A DNA stretch of 64,000 nt. Source: Coniocarpon cinnabarinum (taxonomy: Eukaryota). The notes below the pieces were generated by a model. It did no database searches. It was not told the DNA's origin and worked only from the letters and a program-made list of their open reading frames with translations. Below are positions 24,901 to 34,985 of this stretch, piece by piece; the stretch's first letter is position 1, and each line of letters begins with the position of its first letter. The position numbers were made by a program, and so were the translations under genes. The DNA lies in NCBI GenBank assembly GCA_051942205.1, contig JAVECO010000038.1, positions 1 through 64,000 on the forward strand. The letters are read 5' to 3'.

Positions 24901-27086
24901 ACATTCCCAAAGAGATTTCCGGTCATCGGATCACATTACATTCCGACACCAGCAAAGGGCACATGCACGCGTCTCGAGTGGGATCGAACGAAGCCCGTGG
25001 CAAATGGTCAACGCGCCATGATCAAGCACTGTTGCTGGCCGTGCGCAAACGCTATGCCTCTAATGTCACGCTTCAGTTCAAGGCGTCCTCCTCGAGCGTG
25101 CTGCCAAAATCTAAGCAAGTCGTTGCTTTTTGCGTAATTTGGTTGAAGGAGGTGGCAGATGAGCAGTGGGCCGATCTACAGCTCCCAATCTATCGTAACG
25201 AAAACAAATTGCACGATCGAGCGACCGCCAATGTTTTGCCAGACGACGAACTGCGGGATCAGCAAATCGGCGTGCTTCAGATTCGCATCAGGTTCTGGCG
25301 CGGCCTCGGCTTGGCGCACAAAAAGATTGCTAAGCGTAACATTGACGTTGCCAATGTTCTTGAAGTACGTGATGCGGCGAGGGAGCTAGGAAACGGCCCA
25401 CCCGTGGTTGGTGCGACAGGATGGAGGAACGAGCGAGATTCCGGGTCGACAGCGGCAGATGCTGCCGAAGAATCAAACGACGAGAGTGGCAGCGACGACA
25501 ACGACAACGACAGCAAAGTCAGCAAGATCGGATCAGCCGTGGAAGGCAACCGCAAGGCGGTGGGAGAAACGTTCAAGGGAGATACCGAACACATGAGCAA
25601 GGTTGGCGCAATGGCACAGCATGCACGTAGAAAGATTCCGGGCACCAGAGCTCACAAGCAAGCTAAGAGTGAGGACATGGACACTGGAAGCGACGAGCTT
25701 GCACGACACGAATCATCACCAAGCAGCAATGACAACAATGTGGGAGCTGGCGAGCCTGCAGGCGAAGTCTCGACGACGAATGATGACGACGGACCTGTTC
25801 ATCCGAAGCCGATCTCTGGAAAGAGTCACCTCAGTGAGCAAGATACGCAAGCTACACAGTCCGCGCCCTCAGCGCCACAAGCGTCAATTGGTCCTTCGTA
25901 TGGCGGTGGTGCGGTCAAAAATGAGCTACAGTCTGATTCGCGAAGCTCAAGCAACAAGCCCCAAGAGCCTGCTACTCCGATCAAGACAGAAACACAAAAT
26001 CCAAATCGGGCGCCAGATACAGAAGCAAAGCTAGCCCCGAATTCCACATCCTACTCTGAACTCGACACTCAAAAATCTCAAGAGGCACCGTCTGCAGTTC
26101 AAGCCACAGCAGGACCCAGCCATGGCAGTGACGCTGTCCGGCAAAGCCTCAACTCTCCCGATCGGAATCACTCACAGCCCCGCCCTTCCAAGGAGAACCA
26201 TCGTCCGAGCACGTCCAACAGCCAAAAGGAAAAATACTCCCTCTTTCCTCGCGACAGCACCAGCTCGCGACCCACGTCCCGACCACGCACCCCTCCACAA
26301 TCACGGCCCACTACAGCAACAACCGCAAGTTCCAATGCGCCCTCCTCTACACCGCAGCATTCGTCCCAGGCACCCTCCACGCCTAAGATGTCTACTTCCA
26401 CACCCGGCGATACCACCACTACGCCTTCCCCTGAGTCCGGCCACAAACGCCACAATGGCATCCTCGGCTCGCTCAGACGCAGCTTCTCGCTGCGCGGAAG
26501 TCCGCAAAGCAAAGATGGGAAAAAGGAGAAGCGTGCTTCAAAACTCTTCTCATCGGATAATTCGTCCTCCGCTGAGCAGTCTTCCAGTTCTCCGGTGCAT
26601 AAGCTGCACAGTCGGGGTCGGCCTTCGACTTCAGCGCGTCCGTCGAGCGCGATGATGGATCGGAGTCCTTTAGCGAGCCATCCCACTGCCGACACGGAGG
26701 ATGGCGAATCCCGCGATGGAAAGCAGCATTCGGGTTCCACTCCTCAGAATCCTGAAAGTGTTCATTCGCCACTTAATTCGCGGTCTTCGGCTCCAGTCGA
26801 AGCCGACACTGGGAAGCAGGATCCAAATGAGCAGCCTCTTCCTTCGCCTCACGAGGATGACGCCGCTGCTGCGTCTACTGGTGGTTCTGGAGGAGGCGGT
26901 GGTGGTGACGAGGACAACGAAAACTCAGAGCAGTTGCATCGGCGTCATCGTGGGATTATGCAAATGCCTGCTGCTCGGACGGGCGTCTGGGCTAAGCATA
27001 AGATTGAAGGCGCGGTGGGCCAGGTGCAGAAGGGGTTAGATATGGATGAGCGGGAGAAGGTGGGAGGGGTTGAGAAGGAGGTTTGA
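21969..27086 (+). CDS. SMP + C2 domain membrane-contact protein (Mug190-like, tricalbin-related), 1705 aa
   Basis: VTDPVTH motif, two hydrophobic helices, SMP-like region (WPLVNPDLF..DTLEDVMQASLP; RLQLTPDPPF), C2 domains (SDPYVSV..WDSDKSSADDDLGR; PDSFCTIILN..PFFNAGTERFVRDW) and conserved tail QLHRRHRGIMQ. Confidence 0.88.
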   Translation: MSGLEDAETSREYHKAPHSVKKHIPTVQQYRELKREERQELDHEDGKGTQHALENNARQAQDNKTNGSSYKSSNIEEASGDAGLDQHRQIQSDSHSKQQSGTGAGAHSPEQDQNTVQDTSETAGVQGISDPKQKRKQISKGNVARAEREVTDPVTHNRINIHDYTDQDLKKVEEEGRDDDNDGVDDGNEESHTGQQLTKAKSRTDSELLKDDTAQRRAHDELYNRFPPPQWNEVEHESARVQDRAMLFLLSWCGFAVCIVYCTELFIPQSILTIGDRVNVGYGHAMIRMMAVASITLGYLGTRSWSRKKHKTLYDDAIWHAHNVESRKALRQGPQETTLWLSKLIGSIWPLVNPDLFVSIGDTLEDVMQASLPSFVRMVSVEDIGQGSEPLRILGVKWLPKGAASRSVDSNEGQDKTSAGDKQADGDHAQDNEDTKADQVATQDSNEGMGAEEGEFVNIEIAFAYRASQFQKGLKDRAKNAHLLLGFFPVGGLKLPVWVELRGVVGACRARLQLTPDPPFVALCTLTFLGQPKVEMSCVPLFKKGLNLMNMPLLSKFVQGSIDAALSEYVAPKSIPLDLQAMLAGEDFKKDTTARGVLVCRIKRAFDFKASDVSMPIVGGEKSSDPYVSVAWAKFGKPLWSTRIVAADMHPYWEETAYLLVTPEELDAEESIRIQLWDSDKSSADDDLGRIELVLKDLMRDSRTNGKMCDRTDSFKALEAGKGMPGKLEWSVGYFSKVRLLESQMKAQVQDEKINSIEDLKEEVYQGAEKKLRETAKNESAEREQLKEEDWEAKQIDIISSTVPPIDYPSGILSIQIHQIVGLSMENTRKNKNPEEEEVTELDEGDNLPDSFCTIILNDQKVFRTRTKPKSAAPFFNAGTERFVRDWRKTTVMVSVRDQRAHEDDAFLGHIYLNVGELFNQQKRSRVNSWLPLSGGIGYGRMRVSIVFRSTRMQMPMRELGWDLGVAEIAPEAEILDNIPKEISGHRITLHSDTSKGHMHASRVGSNEARGKWSTRHDQALLLAVRKRYASNVTLQFKASSSSVLPKSKQVVAFCVIWLKEVADEQWADLQLPIYRNENKLHDRATANVLPDDELRDQQIGVLQIRIRFWRGLGLAHKKIAKRNIDVANVLEVRDAARELGNGPPVVGATGWRNERDSGSTAADAAEESNDESGSDDNDNDSKVSKIGSAVEGNRKAVGETFKGDTEHMSKVGAMAQHARRKIPGTRAHKQAKSEDMDTGSDELARHESSPSSNDNNVGAGEPAGEVSTTNDDDGPVHPKPISGKSHLSEQDTQATQSAPSAPQASIGPSYGGGAVKNELQSDSRSSSNKPQEPATPIKTETQNPNRAPDTEAKLAPNSTSYSELDTQKSQEAPSAVQATAGPSHGSDAVRQSLNSPDRNHSQPRPSKENHRPSTSNSQKEKYSLFPRDSTSSRPTSRPRTPPQSRPTTATTASSNAPSSTPQHSSQAPSTPKMSTSTPGDTTTTPSPESGHKRHNGILGSLRRSFSLRGSPQSKDGKKEKRASKLFSSDNSSSAEQSSSSPVHKLHSRGRPSTSARPSSAMMDRSPLASHPTADTEDGESRDGKQHSGSTPQNPESVHSPLNSRSSAPVEADTGKQDPNEQPLPSPHEDDAAAASTGGSGGGGGGDEDNENSEQLHRRHRGIMQMPAARTGVWAKHKIEGAVGQVQKGLDMDEREKVGGVEKEV

Positions 27087-27816
27087 TGTCGCTTCTCATG
27101 ATGAAGGAGATCGACGTCGAGAATATCATGGTGATGATATGCAGAAGACGTCTTGGTGAGGCGTTTCAGGAAAGGTCGCGTTTCGGGCATGGAAAAGACT
27201 TCTGGTGTAGGCATTCAGGAGACATTCTGGTGATGGCTTTGAAGAGATGTCCTATGGTGGGTGTTAAAGAGACGTCCTAGTGAGGGTATTTAGGAGACGT
27301 CCATTTCTATTTGCAACGGGAATTTGCTGAAACGTCAAGGATATCCAAGGGTTCTTTCTGTATGATTAGTGAAATGAATGATACTCACGTAACTAACTAA
27401 ACCCACCCTACCCCGTCCGTGCCCACAGTCAGGGATACGACTGCATTTCCATTTGCTTCAGTGTTCGTGCAGTCACACGCGGTCTCGTCATGGCTGTTCC
27501 TAGCGTGAGCGTTGCACGTCTCAATCGCGACATATCTCGGTGATCACCACGGACATGCCACACAGGCAATGAGTAAAGAAGAATCGTAGTAAACTTCTCC
27601 TTCGAAATGAATATATGTACAGCTCTACGCACTACTGTACCACTTGACAGCGTCTCTGGACTCTCGTCTGCGCAGTCATCGTCCTCTTCATAAGAACGGC
27701 GCCGGACCTAGTCCACGAAGTAGACCCTCCTGCTCCGGGCCCGCGCCATTCTGACCGCTGAGTCCTGCATTTACCAATACCACCTCGCGAGTCGCGACCT
27801 TTGCTGCAATTCACAG

Positions 27817-29217
27817 TCACCGCACCGTCCCTGCCAAGCTGAACGGGCTCCTCTCAGCCTCTGGGTCTCGCGGACTCATCGGCAGTTGGAACAGTCCCTC
27901 CTCGGGCTCCTCATCATCCCTGCCCTCGTTGTGTCTACCGAATCCCGTATTTGCCACGCCATCGAGACTCGCCATACCGAACTGAGGTACGCTCGCTTTG
28001 CTGTCAGATGGGGGCACGACAGCTATCGACTTCCGATTTGTTTGCGCTGGTGCTGAGGGCTTGGTTGGAGATGCTGCAGGTTGAGCTGCGGAGTTCGTCT
28101 GAGAGGCAGGAGACTCAGACGGATGCGGTCCCTTCAGCGCGGCGAAGAGAGATCTACTCCCTACGGCGACGTCGCCGACTTCCGGCGAGAGTGGGTTCTT
28201 TGAGGCCATGTTGCTACTGCCAGTCTGTGGGGGTGTGAAGACGCCAGGTGGGACCTGCTGTTGCATGTGGGGGACCTGTGAGCCTTTGCCATTCACAGAC
28301 GAGGCGGAAGTGGGCGGCGTGGGTGTCTGCGTATTCGATGACGGAGTCGTCCCGACACGAAGACCCTTCATCTTCTGCTGAAGACGCTCAGACCCACTAG
28401 ACGCAGATGTCGGCGAGGAGAGATTGGTGGGGGATCTGAGAGGAGGCGCCAGCTGTGAAGGAGAGTCGCGCGGCGACGCGGGACGCCCACGGGCCGAGTC
28501 GTCTTGAATCTCGTAGTATTGCTGGTGGGGCGAAGCTGGTGCGTCGGACGCGGCGCTTCCGTAATGTTTCTCCACGACACCGAAATGCTCTTTGATCCAC
28601 TCGAGCTCGTCGCGAGCCATCTCGATGCCAACGCCCTCGAAGCGGCCACGTTCCTCCTCTTCATCGATTTCCGCGCGGAGGGCAGCGAGTCGGCTCTTAG
28701 CCCAGAGAGTGTGCAAGACGCCCTTTTTCCCCAAAGAGGTGCCAGAGGTAAGAAGTGATGGTGGAAAGATAGCCGGGAGGGTGGGGATGGCAGCGGCAAT
28801 CGTCGGATTTGATGCATTGTCCGGGGTGAAGGAGATACTAACATGGGAGGGCACCGGAGCGCCGGCCTGGAGCAAGAAGTAGAGACGATGCGATGGATGG
28901 TCGGACGAAGCCCGATTGGAGTCATCTGGCAGCGGGTGGCTCTTCAGCGCAATGCCCTCTCTTTTATTGTTGGGACCCTTCCACTCGACGGTCCATTCGC
29001 CGCTCTTTTGTTCTTTGGAAACGTGCAGGTCGTGTTCCTCTTCCCACTCTACTAGCAGCACCTTTGTAGCGTCATGCACACCCTTCCTTTCCGGCTCGTA
29101 CTCGAAACGCGAAAGAGCAGAGGCCAGACCTGGCGTCTTGCCATCAGGTGAGATTGCTGATGCGCAGTGCTGGGGGACGCGGGGCGAGTCAGTATACGTG
29201 ACCAAGGGCTCTTCCAT
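27817..29217 (-). CDS. Fungal hypothetical protein with Ser/Pro-rich C-terminal half
   Basis: Long intronless ORF, first ATG at 29217 (MEEPLV...). Blocks FEYE..TKVLLVEWE, LPAIFPP, GVLHTLWAKSRL..EI and LFQLPMSPR..SPFS resemble an uncharacterised Pezizomycotina family as I recall it. Confidence 0.8.
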   Translation of the reverse strand: MEEPLVTYTDSPRVPQHCASAISPDGKTPGLASALSRFEYEPERKGVHDATKVLLVEWEEEHDLHVSKEQKSGEWTVEWKGPNNKREGIALKSHPLPDDSNRASSDHPSHRLYFLLQAGAPVPSHVSISFTPDNASNPTIAAAIPTLPAIFPPSLLTSGTSLGKKGVLHTLWAKSRLAALRAEIDEEEERGRFEGVGIEMARDELEWIKEHFGVVEKHYGSAASDAPASPHQQYYEIQDDSARGRPASPRDSPSQLAPPLRSPTNLSSPTSASSGSERLQQKMKGLRVGTTPSSNTQTPTPPTSASSVNGKGSQVPHMQQQVPPGVFTPPQTGSSNMASKNPLSPEVGDVAVGSRSLFAALKGPHPSESPASQTNSAAQPAASPTKPSAPAQTNRKSIAVVPPSDSKASVPQFGMASLDGVANTGFGRHNEGRDDEEPEEGLFQLPMSPRDPEAERSPFSLAGTVR

Positions 29218-29608
29218 CGTGTGTGTGCTGAGCTGAACGTCTCCTCTTTTCGAGAACAGCTGGCGAAAGACGCGTTTGAGACTGGTGAGGGGACGGATAT
29301 GAAGGCCTCGAGATGCTGTCTCACGAACGATAGTGATTAGCAGAAAGCACAGAGACCTCCGAGCGCCAGCATGAGCTCTAGAATTGCGGGACCAGGGTGA
29401 AGGGTAAGAATAAGCGATTCGCAGATGTTTCAAGTGCTGGAAAGAGAAGTGCCGACAGTGTGGGGAGAAAGCATCAGACTTGCGCCGTCATCAAAAGACC
29501 CATGCCAGATCGAAGCGTTGAGCCGCGTGCGGTGGGCCGTCTAGCAGGGTTTTAGACTAGCTCGAACCACGCACAATCTCGAGGAGGAGCTGGGGCTGCT
29601 TGCATCGA

Positions 29609-29680
29609 AGACGAAGAGCAAGAAGAAGAAGGAGAAGAAGGAGAGCAGCAGCAGTAGCAGCAGTAGCAGCAGTAGAGAGA
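29609..29680. repeat. Compound GAA / (AGCAGCAGT)n microsatellite
   Basis: AGAAGAAGAAGGAGAAGAAGGAG followed by AGCAGCAGT three times. Confidence 0.8.
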
Positions 29681-30184
29681 GCAACGACTTTCGGACGATT
29701 ACAGATCCGGAGTTGCAGACAAGACGCAGGAGCGATGGTGCTCAGTCAGCGTGCATGCGCCGCCAGGAGCAACAGCATCTGCAACAGCATCTGCGCAAAG
29801 ACGTTGATCACGACCACCTGAGCCGCCCAAAATAGCAGCGTCGAGGGGCACGACGCACGACTCGCGCACCAACGAGCAACGATGGCCCGAGTGCTTGCAA
29901 CTGCGGGAAGGCGCGAGCCCTCTAGAGTCTACTCCCTAAGGTAGCCTCTAGCCCATGCCTCATGTAGGTAGCGAATCGCAGCACGGCGCCATCCAACAGC
30001 ACCAAGACCGGATCAGCCCTCTCGCCGCTCAGCGCTGGCACTACAAACTCAAGCTTTCGAGCATGCCCCCAAGCACATCCCTGCTGCTCGACATGCTTAA
30101 CTTCCGAGCGCTGCTGCCGCCGCCATGCAAGCTATCGATATCCATCTGGCGCGTCTCCTATGTAGACATCCGACGGTGGGGGTT

Positions 30185-30206
30185 TGTGTGTGTGTGTGTG
30201 TGTGTG
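30185..30206. repeat. (TG)11 microsatellite
   Basis: Perfect TG dinucleotide run. Confidence 0.95.
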
Positions 30207-31184
30207 AGGCTGTCAGATCTCGTTGCCGCTTCACACATCCTTCAGGTTCCAGAACACCCGGCGACACGCGCGCGCGCTCGCACAGTCGCAGCCCGGGAGC
30301 ATCATCGCCATTGTGTGACAATCTCCCCTTGGAGCGACCGTGTTGAACGTGTGCGTCTTCCTCCTGGATGTACGTACCGAGCCGGGCATGGTGTCCACAC
30401 ACGCAAGTGATAAGCACGGACTACCAATGCTCGATGGCAAGCAGATCAGACCGAAATACGAACAAGATGCACTCCCGACGTTGCATGCAATAAGATGCTT
30501 ATGGGGCGAACGTTACCTCGTCAGATGATCGTCTGCTGGTTTCCATCTGTTTTTGGATTCGTCTGATTTTTGGTGGATGCTCTATGTTGCTGTCTATCTA
30601 CTTTGGCGTCTGGGAGGTGGTTGAAGTCTCGCTGTGTCAAATCTGACTGGTCAAGGTCGTACTCGTGCTTATTTTCTCCGTGGTCCTCTGTCAGCACTTG
30701 CGAAATGTCCCTCTCGTACACATCCGACATCCGTCGCCCATCATCCGTCGTCTTGCCATATCGAACATGACACGCTCCTTGCCACCCGTCAATCGTTCTG
30801 GTGAGAAAAAGAAATCCTGAGATCGTTCGTCCGTGCCGAAAAGTGGCCTGTTGCGTGCTGAGGTGAGAAGCTCAAGCTCATTTCCGAGTAAGAGCCAGGG
30901 TGGGGTATCATTACGGCGGTGTAAGAGAACGAGGGCAACCTCGCATCGAGGCGAGTAAATCTGTATGCTTTTAAATAGGCTTTACAAGAATCGAAATTAG
31001 AAAAATCATCGCTGCGTTACTTCGTAAATGCTGTAATGCAATGTCGCTGAGCTTCGTAGGGTGTTTCTGCGTAATGAGTTGGTGAAGGGGTCGGGATTAG
31101 TAAGAAATCTGGTTTCGTGGATAAGAGGGGAGGGAAGAGCCAGACCAGGATAACGAGCAGAAGGGGGAGATGAGGAGGGAGCAA

Positions 31185-33275
31185 TCAGATCAACAGATAG
31201 TCCCAACCCTTCTGCTGCATCACGTCCCGCCAGTGGACGCTCTGTCTCTTTCCCTCGGGGAGTTTGACGTCGTTGACTTTCCATACTTCGTCGAGGATGT
31301 CTGTCATGTGAGCGAAGGCACCGTAGTGAGCAGCGGTGCCCATGGCGTTGCTGCGCTCGGCAAAGACTTTGCGGAATCGTGAGCCTTCAATGGATACGGC
31401 GCCTGTGACCAATAGAGGCCAATTGAGCGTGCGATCGAAGCCATCGAGCCCAGTGGGAATGTAGTTCCAGATGTCGACAAGCTGGTCAACGAGCGCAGTG
31501 ATGGAGGGCTGGAAGCGATCGAACTCTGGCACAAGTGAGCACAGGTGGATGCGAGCGGCGACGCGGAAGGCAGCGGTGATGTTCTGACTAAGTTGCTTGG
31601 GGCGGATGGAGCCTGAGGGGGTGTAGACCTGATTCACCTCCAGACCGCCACTTTCGGTCATGGTAAGGGCCTCGCCCAGGGCGGTGATGTGGTTGCACAG
31701 TTGCAGGTCGTCCTTCAGCTGGCCCAGCGTCTTGAGTGACTCGAGACACGCAATCTCAGAGATGAGGTACATCACTCTGTCGTCGCACCCCATCACTTCC
31801 TCGAGGCCTGAAGAGATTCCCGCCTCCAGCTTCCCCCGGTATGTATCCGCAAAAGAGGGCACGCGACCGAGCACTGTTGCGCCAAGTATGTCAATCCACG
31901 ATGTTAGCGTGGTGTTGAAGGGGACTTGAGTTGCGTGGAAGTTGTGGAAGCTGTCTGGTGAGTCCGACAACAGGCCAAGTTTGGATGCCAAATCGTGCGC
32001 GCCGTGGTAGTGTTGATGCCAAGGGATGTCCGGTAAGCCATCATTTGCGGAGCCGACTGCTGCTTGAAAGACTATCAATCCAAGCATTGCTTCTAGAGTC
32101 TGTGAGAGCTCAGTCTCACGATTGAAAGCCTCGCAGAGTTCCGAGATGAGCGTGCAGCGATGTCGCATGATGTCGTTGTCGGTGTTCTCGTTGCCTTCCC
32201 CGCACGCCTTCAGATGCAGTGCAGCCGTGCTCAAGCAGCACTCCAGGTAGCACTTGTTTGACTCGAGGGCCGGTAGCATCATCCTCGAGCGCGCCGAGCC
32301 GGGCTGATTCACGTCCATGACGGGAAAGACAAGCCGCGAGACATGCTCCAGGAAATGATCGAGCAAGTACCGGTCACCTTCGTCCACGTCAACCACAGCT
32401 TGATGCGAGGGGCTAAAGGGCGCATGCGGAAAGTCGAAGATGTTGAAATCAATGGGTGGCTCTCCCTCTTTGATCATCTCGTTGTGGCTGTCCAACAGCT
32501 CTTGCTCGACCCAGCCCTCGAGCTGTGCGGGTGGAAAGATCCCTGATGGAAGAGAACCCGACCCGGGTGGCGCGCGCTGCGCATGTGGAGTCGAGAACGT
32601 CGACACTACGGATTCCGTCTGCGTTGGGACGTCGTTGAGGAACATGTGACTCTCTGTCTTGATTTCCACTTCAAATGGCGAGTAGTAGGGGAACTGGCCA
32701 CTCGCAGAGTGCATGGGCGTCCATTGAGGTGGAGCCATCATGGGCGTTGAATTGAAGAAGTCTTTGGGTGTCTCGATGTCGAACTTGGGTGAAAAATGAG
32801 AGTCGGTGGACGCCGCGCGCGTGCGTGGGAACATCTCCGAATGTGTCTCAGACGTGGGTAAGGAGTGGCACAAGCTCGGCGGCGTGTTCATGCTGGAGGT
32901 TGCCGCTGCGGTGTTCGCCGTGGTTGCTGCAGCATGCGCCTGCGCCGCGGCCTGCTGTTGCTGGGAAGGTTTCTGCTCCATCTTGGTGTTGCGGATGATT
33001 TCCTTGATGATCTCCTTGTGCTGTTTCCTGCGATCGGGGTGCTGCCACCACGCGGGTCGCTTGTACTCACACTCGACGCCCAGGTGTTTGCACGCTCGAC
33101 AGACGGGCCGGCCCTCGTCGCATTTCTTGCGCCGCAGCCGACAGGTGAAGCAGCCGGACCGGGAGCGCTTGTGCATCTTGGACTCGCCATCCTTCTTGCT
33201 CGAACGGCGCTCGGCGGCGGACGCTGGAGAGCTCTTGGGCGGCGACGGGCGGATGGCCGGTGCAGCGGAGGCCAT
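31185..33275 (-). CDS. pro1: Zn(II)2Cys6 developmental transcription factor PRO1/ADV-1/NosA
   Basis: KMHKRSRSGCFTCRLRRKKCDEGRPVCRACKHLGVECEYKRP.WW; C-terminal fungal TF domain (WIDILGAT, MGCDDRVMYLISEIACL, GFDRTLNWPLL, VHWRDVMQQKGWDYLLI). First ATG at 33275. Confidence 0.93.
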   Translation of the reverse strand: MASAAPAIRPSPPKSSPASAAERRSSKKDGESKMHKRSRSGCFTCRLRRKKCDEGRPVCRACKHLGVECEYKRPAWWQHPDRRKQHKEIIKEIIRNTKMEQKPSQQQQAAAQAHAAATTANTAAATSSMNTPPSLCHSLPTSETHSEMFPRTRAASTDSHFSPKFDIETPKDFFNSTPMMAPPQWTPMHSASGQFPYYSPFEVEIKTESHMFLNDVPTQTESVVSTFSTPHAQRAPPGSGSLPSGIFPPAQLEGWVEQELLDSHNEMIKEGEPPIDFNIFDFPHAPFSPSHQAVVDVDEGDRYLLDHFLEHVSRLVFPVMDVNQPGSARSRMMLPALESNKCYLECCLSTAALHLKACGEGNENTDNDIMRHRCTLISELCEAFNRETELSQTLEAMLGLIVFQAAVGSANDGLPDIPWHQHYHGAHDLASKLGLLSDSPDSFHNFHATQVPFNTTLTSWIDILGATVLGRVPSFADTYRGKLEAGISSGLEEVMGCDDRVMYLISEIACLESLKTLGQLKDDLQLCNHITALGEALTMTESGGLEVNQVYTPSGSIRPKQLSQNITAAFRVAARIHLCSLVPEFDRFQPSITALVDQLVDIWNYIPTGLDGFDRTLNWPLLVTGAVSIEGSRFRKVFAERSNAMGTAAHYGAFAHMTDILDEVWKVNDVKLPEGKRQSVHWRDVMQQKGWDYLLI

Positions 33276-34985
33276 GGCTGAGGAGTGAATTAAGGAGGGA
33301 AAGAGAGCAGGGCAGATCTGCGCGGGGGAGGAGACAGCGCGGTGTGGATTAATACTACAGGCAGTAAAATGAGAGACAAAACGCAGCAGGGGATATCTTG
33401 CCAATGGTAGCACAAACAGCAACAAGCAGAACAGCAACGAGGTCTGACCAGCAGACTCGGGGAGGAGAAGGTGACGAAGCCCAGCGCTGATGGACGGCGG
33501 CGTACTTGGACCTTTCGCTCTCGAGGGTGGCCTGGCTGCTGCGCTGCTCTCTTTGTATTGCAGCGTCAGTCGTTCTAAAAACAGCGCACTGCATGATGGC
33601 CGTCCTGGCTGCTGCTGCTATCCTGGAAGCAGGCTAGACGGACTCGACGCGCACTCGGCGGCTCCACCGCAGAAGAGGGGAAAATCGATAGACCGCCGAG
33701 TCGACGTGCAGTAGCGCGCCGTGATTGGAAGGCGTCTGTATTGCCCGCGCCCAATCACGCGCCCGCTGCAGTCGCCCTCTATCAATAGCAGCACCGCCAG
33801 CCCATTTTTGGCAAGGCGGTCCAGCAGCTTTCCAGGAGCGCTCCACGGCCTTCTCGCCCCCCGCCGTTCAATCGCATCTGCTCGACGCTCCGCCGGGCGC
33901 TTACTGGACACTCCTCCGATGAACTGGATGGCGCCGCGGGGGCATTGTGACGTGGGTTCGCACTATACGGAGTACCACTGTCCCCATGACGAGCGCCCCG
34001 GCCAGCGTACCACCGCAATCCCACCTCAGCTGCCCCCTGTCCAGTGTGCTCGTCAACGTTGCCGCAAAAGCGCGCTCAACAAAGCCAACGTGCCCGCGCT
34101 AGCACCATCGCTTGTCTCGCTCGCGCACACGCGGTATATCAGAGGCGTTAAGATCGTAATCAAACCTCCACGCATGCCCTAGCCATCTCCACATCCAAAC
34201 TCTCCATTGGGCACATTCAACCCTCGACATCGCAAGCCTCGTCCCAGGCACGCGGTGACCACGACTCCCTTCGCAGGCCGTCTTTGCGGCAGCCAGCTGA
34301 ATGTCTGCACGCAGGTTCCAGCATTGCTGTTGCTATGCTTGACTTTCGACGCCTCGTTTGTGTTTCCAGAATAAATAGCAAAAGTTGCCTTGCTGCGGTC
34401 TTGCGTCGTGCGTCCGGCTTGCAGATGTCGGGTGGTCGGGTCTTTGCTGCGCAACAAAGTCCGCGCGCTAGCTCCCACTGAGTCGGGGAGCATACGATGA
34501 TGGCGCCTAGGTGGGATTGATTGGCTGCCAGCACTTACCAGCCATCATGCTTACATGACAAACACAACCTTGTCACAGATCTGTGCAAGCTTTTCTTTCA
34601 AGCAATCAGAACAGAGCAACCTTTGATGAGTGCTTTTTGTGGGCAGACGCAGGACGTATGTCACCAGACCTCCATATGTGATTCAGGATGCGTAGAAGAA
34701 CAGACCCGAAGTGGGTACGAAGGTGTTCATGAGCTAGACTTGAGACATGGATTGGGGTCGCTGTCCTCTGAAGCGCTGAGATGTACGTGTCACCATTTGT
34801 GCAACGACTGTGTCTGATTTGTCTTACACTGCCATGTGAAGATGGAGATGTTTATTATATCAAGCTCCACGTGACGGTCGTGCAGAAACCTAGGAATCGA
34901 GGCATTCACGCCATGACTTGGCATCGTGATATCGCGTTAGCTCATCTTGAAATCTGTCGTAGTATGACAACTGCATAAGGACTCG

